Source: Polyangiaceae bacterium
GTDB lineage: Bacteria; Myxococcota_A; Polyangia; Polyangiales; Polyangiaceae
Assembly: GCA_044376115.1 (NCBI GenBank)
Contig: JBILLK010000014.1
Coordinates: 64,001 to 128,000 of the forward strand
Length of the DNA stretch: 64,000 bases
Direction of reading: 5' to 3'
A program made the translations under genes and the position numbers. Under the pieces are notes generated by a model. That model saw nothing but the letters and a program-made list of their open reading frames with translations, had not been told where the DNA came from and searched no databases. Below, in pieces: positions 56,506-64,000 of the stretch. Position 1 is the first letter of the stretch. The number at the start of each line of letters is the position of its first letter.

Positions 56506-58250
56506 GGCGCCTCCTGGAATGACCGTCGCTTGAACGCATCGGTGAGTGCGACCGTGCGCAGCACCTCTGCCATCGGTTGACCTTCGTCGAGCGCGGTCGT
56601 CAGAGCGTCCAGCGCACAAGCATCGAGTTCAAAGTCCTCCATGCGACCGAAGGTGAATCGGAAGTAGTGACGAGCGAAGCACGCGCGCGGCTTCTTGCTT
56701 GCTGCGATCAAGTCAGTGAGCTCGGAGACCGAGCTGACGGCTACCTCGGAGTCGTCGACAGCCGGAACGGCCGTCGAGTCGATCGGCGCCGAGCCGACCA
56801 CACTCCCCGCCTCATCAAACAAGGTTTGCTCGGTCCGCGGTCGACCAAGCGAGTCGAAGTTCTCGGAGACGAAGCCGAGCGGATTGATCAGCCCGACGTG
56901 ACAGCCTGCGCACGAGCCGGAGCCGGTCAGACCCTCGACAACCTCCCTGGTCGTTGATGACTCACTCAGTTGCGGAGGACTGGCCGCAGCGTTGGGCGGA
57001 GGAGGGGGAATCTCGTCGCAGAGCAACGCTTTGCGGATGAAGACGCCCTTCATGATTGGACGAGTATTGGCCGAACCAGTCGAAAGAAAGGCTGCGCGCG
57101 AGATCAGACCGCGGCGGCCATCGAAGCCGAACGCCGGAGGCTCACTGGTGCCGTCCCAGATCGGCGATTCATAAAGTGTCGCGAGGTCCTCGGTACGAGC
57201 GAACGACTTGTCGCTGGTGAGTAGGTCCTCGAACGTGCCGCCTTGGAACGCGTAGTAGGTTGCGGCGTCTGCGACTTCAGACAGCATGTGCTCGCGCAGA
57301 TCAGGTCCCGGAGTAAACCCGTTGCTGAAGGCGTCGAAGATAGGATCTCCAACACGTGAGTCGAGCTCCTCGAGCGTGGTGTTCTCGAGCCACTCGGTGA
57401 AGAACGTGTTCACCGCATCGCGGGTACGCTCACTCGTGTAGATCCGCTCCACTTGAGCTTGGTAGCCAGCGGGTGTGAGTAGCTCTCCGGAGCGCGCCGC
57501 GGAGAGCAGTTCATCGTCGGGCATCGATTGCCAGAAGTGGTACGAGAGCCGCGATGCCAACTCGTAGGCGCTCAGGTCAACGTAGGCGTCCTCGGCGCCC
57601 TCACCATGCTCGACGAAGTAGAGCATTTGCGGTGCTGTGAGCAGCAGCGCTACCACGTCAGCGTAGTCGGCCGGCTCGAACGGAGCCGCACCAGCGACTT
57701 CACGATAGAACGCCACATCCTCTGCAGACACCGCGGAGCGCAAGGCGCGTTCACCAAAACCTTGGATGAAGGCGTCCAGGCAAGCGTCGTCGTTAGTCGA
57801 ATCTGCGTCGGTTGCACATTCCCCGACGACTTGCGGCAGGAGCTGAGCGGACGTCAGCGCCGCGCCGACCTGGCTGGCGATGACGTACGTTACGTCGACG
57901 TGCTCTTGGTGCACCGCTTGGTCGAGTCGGGTGAAGCCACCGTAGTGTTTATCAGGGCCGACCCTTCGGTCATCGGGGACCTGTGCAAACAGCGGCGTCA
58001 ACGTCGCAACGATCCCGGGGGCCTCAGCGGGCGCCACGACGGCGATCAAATCTGCCACCGTGTTCTGATATTGCACGCTCGAAAGACGCCGCAGCGGCAG
58101 CGCTTGCGGCACCGCTAACGGATCGCACTCGAAGGAGGTGGGATTGGTTGGAATCGGAGCGTCGGGCGAGGACGACTCGTTCTCGCCGATGTCGCCAATG
58201 CATCCGGAGACGAGCCCAACGGCAGCAAGGAGCAGCCAACGCAAGCGCAT
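56502..58250 (-). CDS. DUF1592/1588/1595/1587 (PSD) lipoprotein with CxxCH
   Basis: LRRLSSVQYQNTVADL, YELASRLSY.FW.SMPDDEL, LLCDEIPPPP and CAGCH..INPLGF. Confidence 0.88.
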   Translation of the reverse strand: MRLRWLLLAAVGLVSGCIGDIGENESSSPDAPIPTNPTSFECDPLAVPQALPLRRLSSVQYQNTVADLIAVVAPAEAPGIVATLTPLFAQVPDDRRVGPDKHYGGFTRLDQAVHQEHVDVTYVIASQVGAALTSAQLLPQVVGECATDADSTNDDACLDAFIQGFGERALRSAVSAEDVAFYREVAGAAPFEPADYADVVALLLTAPQMLYFVEHGEGAEDAYVDLSAYELASRLSYHFWQSMPDDELLSAARSGELLTPAGYQAQVERIYTSERTRDAVNTFFTEWLENTTLEELDSRVGDPIFDAFSNGFTPGPDLREHMLSEVADAATYYAFQGGTFEDLLTSDKSFARTEDLATLYESPIWDGTSEPPAFGFDGRRGLISRAAFLSTGSANTRPIMKGVFIRKALLCDEIPPPPPNAAASPPQLSESSTTREVVEGLTGSGSCAGCHVGLINPLGFVSENFDSLGRPRTEQTLFDEAGSVVGSAPIDSTAVPAVDDSEVAVSSVSELTDLIAASKKPRACFARHYFRFTFGRMEDFELDACALDALTTALDEGQPMAEVLRTVALTDAFKRRSFQEAP

Positions 58251-58338
58251 GCTCGAATGGTAGTTGAGCCGCGTCCAAAGGTTGGCGGAAACCTGCGTAG
58301 CCGCAGAAAGCCACATTGCCGCACAGCGTGCGACGCAC

Positions 58339-60183
58339 TCAGCTCTGACTGGGCCGCCGCAGCAGATGCTGCCCAAGTACAAGCACGTCCATGTTCGTGC
58401 GTAAGAAACAGTCGAGCGCCTCCTCCGGACGACAGACCACGGGCTCGTTCTCGTTGAACGAAGTGTTGAGCACCATGGGCACCGACGTGCGCTTAGCGAA
58501 GGCGCTGATCAGCTCATGGTAGATGGGGTTGGAGGTCTTGCTGACCGTCTGCAAGCGACCGCTGCCATCAACGTGCGTAATCGCCGGAACTAGGGCGCGC
58601 TTCTCCTCGCGGACCTGGAAGACCTGCATCATGAACGGCACCTCGCCTTGCTGCTCGAACCAGTCGAAGGAGGCCTCGGCGAGGATGCTAGGAGCGAACG
58701 GTCGAAACGATTCGCGCCGCTTGATCTTGCTGTTGAGGATGTCCTTCATGTTGGCGCGGCGGGGGTCCGCGACGATGGAGCGATTGCCGAGCGCGCGCGG
58801 GCCCCATTCCATCCGCCCTTGAAACCAGCCGATCACCTCACCGTTTGCGACGGCCTCCGAGACGACCTCGCAAAGGGAGGCCGTGTCAGCGAAGTGTTGG
58901 CGCTGCAAACCGTCCAGCCGCGAGCCCGCTGCATCCAGCGTTTTCTTGATCTCGGCGTCATCAAACTCCGGGCCCCAATAGGCGTGATCCATTGCATGGG
59001 TTGGCAGCACGCTGCCGCCACCTTCGCGAGCGACGACCATGGCCGCGCCGATGGCGCCGCCCGCATCACCAGCCGCAGCTTGGATGTAGACGTTCTTGAA
59101 GCGCGAGCGCAGCGCCACCTTGCCGTTCGCGACCGAGTTCATTGCGCAGCCGCCTGCCAGCGCGATGTTGTCGCACGGGTAACGACGATGCAGTTCCTCG
59201 AGCAGGTGAAAGAACGCTTCCTCGTACATGGCTTGTGCGGAGTGCGCGAGATCCCGATGGCGGTCGGAGAGCGGCTCTTCCTTGCTGCGTGCCGGTCCTA
59301 GCAACGACTCGAGGGCCGGTGCGTAAAGCCGTCCGACCTCGGGCGAGCCGTTGTTCCAGGTGTAATGGAACGTCTCTTTGTGGTGGACGAAGTAGTCGAG
59401 GTTGAGCCTGAACTCGCCGCCCTCCACGAGCTGCACGATCTTCCGCATCTCAGGAAGAAAGGTTGGCTTTCCGTACGGCGCGAGGCCCATCACCTTGTAC
59501 TCGTCCCCGTAATGGGTAAAGCCGAGGTGCTGCGTCATCGCTTGGTAGAAGGCGCCGAGGGAGTGCGGAAAAAACACTCGACCGTCCACCTTTACGTCGC
59601 CTCGACTGCCAAAGCCCCACGCTGCGCTGGAGAAGTCACCAAAGCCATCCACCGAGACCGTCACGGCCTCTTGGAATGGCGATACAGCGTAGGCCGACGC
59701 GAGGTGACAGAGGTGATGTTCAACGTTGCGCACGACACCGAGGAAGCGCTCACCCGGAAACGCACGCTCGAGTTCGTCGGCGATGGTCGCCTTCTTCATC
59801 GTGTTGGACAGACGCTGCCACAACCAGTCGGGACCGGGCCTACGCTTCAACAGGTAGCTCAGCTTCTCGAACCGGTTGGCCGCTGGGTCCGTATTGACGG
59901 CCAGAGCATCCACGTCGGAGAGCTTCAACTTATTGGCCGCCAAACAGTAGCGAATGGCCTCCGACGGAAAGCCCGCCCAGTGTTTGATGCGCCGAAAGCG
60001 CTCCTCTTCCACCGCTGCGACGAGCTTGCCACCCACCACCAGACAAGCCGAAGAGTCACCGTGATAGGCGTTGAGCCCAAGCACGACCCTCCGCGCGGGG
60101 TCTGTCGTAACCGGAGCGTTGCGAGTCGGCACCGACTTCAGAACGCCCTCTACCCAATCCGTAGCAAGCTTCGTCGAGATCAC
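58339..60183 (-). CDS. Carbamoyltransferase, CmcH/NodU family
   Basis: HGDSSA, EEERF.R.KH, EHHLCHLASA, DGFG, EYKVMGLA, E.GPRALGNRSI, RESFRPFAP and LNTSFN. Start uncertain. Confidence 0.93.
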   Translation of the reverse strand: MISTKLATDWVEGVLKSVPTRNAPVTTDPARRVVLGLNAYHGDSSACLVVGGKLVAAVEEERFRRIKHWAGFPSEAIRYCLAANKLKLSDVDALAVNTDPAANRFEKLSYLLKRRPGPDWLWQRLSNTMKKATIADELERAFPGERFLGVVRNVEHHLCHLASAYAVSPFQEAVTVSVDGFGDFSSAAWGFGSRGDVKVDGRVFFPHSLGAFYQAMTQHLGFTHYGDEYKVMGLAPYGKPTFLPEMRKIVQLVEGGEFRLNLDYFVHHKETFHYTWNNGSPEVGRLYAPALESLLGPARSKEEPLSDRHRDLAHSAQAMYEEAFFHLLEELHRRYPCDNIALAGGCAMNSVANGKVALRSRFKNVYIQAAAGDAGGAIGAAMVVAREGGGSVLPTHAMDHAYWGPEFDDAEIKKTLDAAGSRLDGLQRQHFADTASLCEVVSEAVANGEVIGWFQGRMEWGPRALGNRSIVADPRRANMKDILNSKIKRRESFRPFAPSILAEASFDWFEQQGEVPFMMQVFQVREEKRALVPAITHVDGSGRLQTVSKTSNPIYHELISAFAKRTSVPMVLNTSFNENEPVVCRPEEALDCFLRTNMDVLVLGQHLLRRPSQS

Positions 60184-60431
60184 GGGGCGGCCACCTTACA
60201 CCTGATGGGGACTTCGTTTTGCTGCAATCCGCCCGTAGACGGCGGTTGTCCGACCGAGCCAGAGGCGTCCGCGCGATCTGTTGCCGGGATGCGGAGAACC
60301 ATTCAATCCTGCAGGCGGTACGATTTTGCCGGGGACGTGTAAGGAGGCCACCGGACCTTCGTTTCCGTATCGACGCTGACGCTCCCCTTCGAGTGCACGT
60401 CGAAAAAGTTCGCTTCCCTAAGGAGGAATCC

Positions 60432-61358
60432 GTGCGCTTCATCACGACCCATTGGCGCGGCTCGCGCGCATGCCCATTGCTTGTCAGCTGCCTACTTTCA
60501 TTCTCCATCGCCTGCGGAGCCAGCTCCCCGGACGCGCCGATTTCGCCGGATCGGGTCGGGATGCAACCCAGCCAAGCCCTTGCAGCTCCGCCCCAGAGTG
60601 GGCCGGCAATGAACTCGCCCGGGGCGCCTGCTGCAGATCCGGGCTCACTAACGACTCCCGCGACTCCCGCGGCGCCCAACGCGCCCATCTCCACGAAGGT
60701 CCCCGCAAAGAGCGTGACCCGCGGCGCAACTGAGCTCGCCAAGAGTGGAGAACGGCCCGCGAAGCCGAACGTGATGATCCTCTACACCGGCGATATGAGT
60801 CTGCAGGTACCGGAAGGCGAGATCAGCAAGAGCATCGACGAAGCTGTCTCGATCGCTGAGCGATTTGGCGGCTATCTAGGCGGAAGAACCAATGCGACGG
60901 TGAAACTCAAGATCCCTTCGGGGAGCTTTCGGGAAGCGCTGACCGAGATCGAGAAGCTCGGCGTCGTTGGGCACGAGAACATCAACGCAGACGACGTGAC
61001 CGCGGAGTTTCACGACCTCGAGGTGCGCTTGGAGAACCTGAAGGCCACCCGCAAGCGAGTGGAAGAGTTCCTCGCGCGAGCGACGACCCTCGCCGACATG
61101 TTGACTGTGCAACGCGAACTCGAGCGCATCGCGGCGGAGATGGACAGCATCTCCGGGAGGCTACGTTTTCTTCGCGAGCACACAGCGTTCAGCACGCTGA
61201 CCATCTCTCTCTCGGCGATCGTGAGGCCCACTCCGGTCGTCGCGGCGCAGCCCCCACCACCACCGCCTGCCCCGCCGGCACGCACGGTCGATCTGCCGGT
61301 GCCTTGGTTCGCCACACTTGGCATTGGCCCCCTCCTGACCCTCCCCGAGAAGAAGTGA
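60432..61358 (+). CDS. DUF4349 domain lipoprotein
   Basis: RBS AAGGAGG, lipobox IAC, GGY, DVTAEFHDLEVRL and a coiled coil. Confidence 0.82.
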   Translation: MRFITTHWRGSRACPLLVSCLLSFSIACGASSPDAPISPDRVGMQPSQALAAPPQSGPAMNSPGAPAADPGSLTTPATPAAPNAPISTKVPAKSVTRGATELAKSGERPAKPNVMILYTGDMSLQVPEGEISKSIDEAVSIAERFGGYLGGRTNATVKLKIPSGSFREALTEIEKLGVVGHENINADDVTAEFHDLEVRLENLKATRKRVEEFLARATTLADMLTVQRELERIAAEMDSISGRLRFLREHTAFSTLTISLSAIVRPTPVVAAQPPPPPPAPPARTVDLPVPWFATLGIGPLLTLPEKK

Positions 61359-61365
61359 GTTCAAC

Positions 61366-61830
61366 GTGAAGCTACGTACAATCCTTACCGCTGCCTTGTT
61401 CGCCACCACCGCGGCCTGCTCCAGTGGGGCCCACGTCACTGCACCCGACGGCTTCGCTGAGCTTGATTCGAGCGAGGACTACAGTTACCGCGCCACGAGT
61501 GCAGAAGGTGTCGTGATCGCCGTCCGCACCGAAGCCAACGAGCCTCGTGGCAACCTCGCCTTCTGGACCAGCGCGATCGACCACCGGCTGCAGAAGTCGG
61601 GCTATGTGCCGCAAGCGGACGGCGCCGTCGCAGTTGCCTCCGAGGCCGGTTTGCCCGGCAAACGCTTGCGTTACAAGCTCGAGAACGCTGGCAGGCCGCA
61701 CGAGTATTGGGTCACCGTCTTCGTCACCGACACGCGCGTGATCGTCGTGGAGGCAGCGGGTGATCGCGACTTCTTCGATGCCTCGGTGCAGAAGCAGATC
61801 GAGATCGCCACCAAGACGATCAAGACCTGA
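61366..61830 (+). CDS. Hypothetical lipoprotein, partner of the DUF4349 gene
   Basis: Lipobox AAC; APDGFAEL..YRATSAEGVV..GNLAFW; 7 nt after the DUF4349 stop. Confidence 0.72.
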   Translation: MKLRTILTAALFATTAACSSGAHVTAPDGFAELDSSEDYSYRATSAEGVVIAVRTEANEPRGNLAFWTSAIDHRLQKSGYVPQADGAVAVASEAGLPGKRLRYKLENAGRPHEYWVTVFVTDTRVIVVEAAGDRDFFDASVQKQIEIATKTIKT

Positions 61831-61847
61831 AGTATCTTCGCGCGGAC

Positions 61848-63401
61848 ATGAAGCGCGCACTCTGGCTCTTGCTGACGACCGTGTGGTGCGTCATTGCGAG
61901 GCCCGCGCGAGCCGACGATTTGGCTGACATCCAAGCTCGAGGGGAGCTGCGCTGGGGAGCCGATCAAGAGGGTGGCGGGCCGTTCGTCTATCCCAAAGAG
62001 GATGGCAGTGGCGAGGTAACTGGCTTCGAAGTGGAGCTAGCGCAAGCCATCGCCGCGGAGCTCGGGGTGAAGGCCACCTTCACCCAAGGCAACTGGGACA
62101 AGCTCCCTGACTTGCTTCGAATTGGGCAGGTTGACTGTGTACTCAACGGCTACGAGTACACAGCGGAGCGGGCCGAGCAGATGTCGACTTCGCGGCCCTA
62201 CTTTGTTTACGGCCTGCAGCTTCTCATTCACTACGACGCAGCGATCGGTTGGGCGACGCTCGCGCGCCCTGCAACACCGAAGCGAACCGTCGGGGTGCTG
62301 AACGGCTCCGCCGCCGAGAGCCTCGTGCGCAGCAAGCTTGGCGACGCTGTCGAGGTCGTGACCTACGACGGCAACACCGACGCGATGCGCGAAGTACGCA
62401 CCCAAAAGATCGATGCCACGGTGCAAGACACGCCGATCGTGGCCTTCTACTCGCGCGATTTTCCGGAGCTGCTCGCGGTCGGTGCACCGGAGGCCGAAGG
62501 GACCTACGTGATCTACAGCCGCCGCGGGCAACCGCGCCTGCAGCACGCGCTCGATACGGCGCTGACCAAGCTCTATCGCACCGGGGAGTTCGAGCGGATT
62601 TATGAGCGTTATGGCTTGTGGACCGCATCGCAAAAGAAGCTGGCGGAGGCCTACAAGAGCGACCCGCCTCCACCAAGTGTCGCAGAATCCAGCGAGGCTG
62701 CGCCGTCGCGACAGCGAGCGTTTGGCTCGGTCGTTTGGGATCACGCCGGGACGCTGCTCTGGTCGGCCGGCCTAACGGTTTTGCTCGCAGTCACCGCCTT
62801 TCCGTTGGCGGTTTTGCTCGGGGCGTTGGTCGCGCTGTTACGACACTCGGGGCCGCGAGTACTCCGCCCCGTGCTCACGGCTTATGTGGAATTTCTGAGG
62901 GGGACTCCGCTTCTGCTGCAGCTCTATGTGATCTTCTTTCTGCTTCCGGAGTGGGGGCTGCGGCTGCCAGCCTTGGCGACAGCCATCTTGGGGCTGGGCC
63001 TGAACTACTCGGCCTACGAGTCGGAGATCTTTCGCGCGGGGCTGGCCGCGATCCCGAAAGGACAAGAGGAAGCAGCAGCCGCGCTTGGTCTCTCCCGCAT
63101 GCAAACGCTTCGCTACGTGATTGCGCCGCAGACCTTGCGCGTCGTGCTGCCACCCATGGCCAATGACTTCATCGCGCTGTTCAAAGACACCAGCGTCTGT
63201 TCGGTCATCACCATCGTCGAGTTGACCAAACGCTACTCGGTCCTGTCGATGAGCACGCAAGCAACGCTGGAGCTAACGCTCGCGACGGCGGTGCTCTACT
63301 TGGCCATGAGTTTGCCCGCGAGTGCGCTGGCCAAACGCATCGAACGACGCCTAGCGCGACGGCCTGTCGCGCTCGAGGAGCAACATGCTGCGCGTAGCTG
63401 A
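61848..63401 (+). CDS. Polar amino acid ABC transporter, fused substrate-binding and permease protein
   Basis: SBP3 GFEVELA; permease YVEFLRGTPLLLQL, YSAYESEIFRAG..AIPKGQEEAA and FKDTS. Confidence 0.93.
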   Translation: MKRALWLLLTTVWCVIARPARADDLADIQARGELRWGADQEGGGPFVYPKEDGSGEVTGFEVELAQAIAAELGVKATFTQGNWDKLPDLLRIGQVDCVLNGYEYTAERAEQMSTSRPYFVYGLQLLIHYDAAIGWATLARPATPKRTVGVLNGSAAESLVRSKLGDAVEVVTYDGNTDAMREVRTQKIDATVQDTPIVAFYSRDFPELLAVGAPEAEGTYVIYSRRGQPRLQHALDTALTKLYRTGEFERIYERYGLWTASQKKLAEAYKSDPPPPSVAESSEAAPSRQRAFGSVVWDHAGTLLWSAGLTVLLAVTAFPLAVLLGALVALLRHSGPRVLRPVLTAYVEFLRGTPLLLQLYVIFFLLPEWGLRLPALATAILGLGLNYSAYESEIFRAGLAAIPKGQEEAAAALGLSRMQTLRYVIAPQTLRVVLPPMANDFIALFKDTSVCSVITIVELTKRYSVLSMSTQATLELTLATAVLYLAMSLPASALAKRIERRLARRPVALEEQHAARS

Positions 63402-64000
63402 GCTCGTAGTTCACGCCGGGGGGAACACCGTACTTGCAGGCGTCTCACTCGTCGTCGAGCCTGGTCAGGTCGTAGCGCTGGTCGGAGCGAGCGGCTCTGG
63501 CAAGACGACGCTGCTCCGCGCCGTGCAGGGACTCGCGCGCTTCTCCGCAGGCACCCTCCAAGTAGGAGAGGACAGCTACGGCCCGGAGTCTGTGAACCCG
63601 CGCTCCGGTAAGGCCAAGGTTGGCTTGGTCTTTCAGGACTACCAGCTGTTCGAGCACTTGGACGTGCTCGCGAATTTGACGCTGGCCCCGCGCATCGTTG
63701 AGCGCGAACCAGCCGATTCAGTGAATCGGCGCGCGAGCGACCTGCTGCGTGAGTTCGAACTCGAGGAGCTCGCTGCACGTCGGCCAAGCGAGATCTCTGG
63801 CGGGCAAAAGCAACGCGTGGCGATCGCCCGCGCACTGATGATGGAGCCGAGCTGCCTGCTGCTAGACGAGCCTACGGCAGCGCTCGATCGCCAAGCGCGA
63901 GAGCGGCTCTACGAACTCATACGCGGCCTCGCAGCGCGTGGCCTTGCAGTGCTAGCCGCAACTCACGATCTCGAGTTCGCAGCTCGCGCTGCAAGCCAAG
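63385..64000 (+). CDS. Amino acid ABC transporter ATP-binding protein (partial, runs off window)
   Basis: Read directly from the DNA: ATG at 63385, GASGSGKTT, VFQDY.LF, ISGGQKQRVAIARAL, LDEPT and THD. Confidence 0.9.
   Translation, partial: MLRVAELVVHAGGNTVLAGVSLVVEPGQVVALVGASGSGKTTLLRAVQGLARFSAGTLQVGEDSYGPESVNPRSGKAKVGLVFQDYQLFEHLDVLANLTLAPRIVEREPADSVNRRASDLLREFELEELAARRPSEISGGQKQRVAIARALMMEPSCLLLDEPTAALDRQARERLYELIRGLAARGLAVLAATHDLEFAARAASQ

Overview
High-GC window with a myxobacterial gene repertoire (Polyangiaceae-like, inferred from FHA/sigma54 activators, Ser/Thr kinases with PEGA/TPR partners, Cys-rich lipoproteins and a DUF1592/DUF1552 pair). About 42 CDS; no rRNA, tRNA, CRISPR array or IS element was recognised. 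Main highlights: (1) a three-gene triterpenoid/sterol locus (43095-51520, minus strand) holding six enzyme domains: an HMG-CoA reductase-squalene synthase-extended SDR triple fusion, a Rieske oxygenase, and a squalene epoxidase-oxidosqualene cyclase fusion with non-canonical active-site residues; (2) a six-gene DNA damage cluster (imuA-imuB-dnaE2, ligC, stand-alone Prim-Pol, polX-PHP), with a shared operator-like motif abutting the imuA and imuB start codons; (3) a stand-alone chorismate mutase 3 nt upstream of an RlhA-type U32 hydroxylase, a family that uses prephenate; (4) two clear sigma54 promoters, one before comEA and one preceded by four TGGATCC(A) palindromes. All product calls come from motifs recognised by eye, not from database searches.
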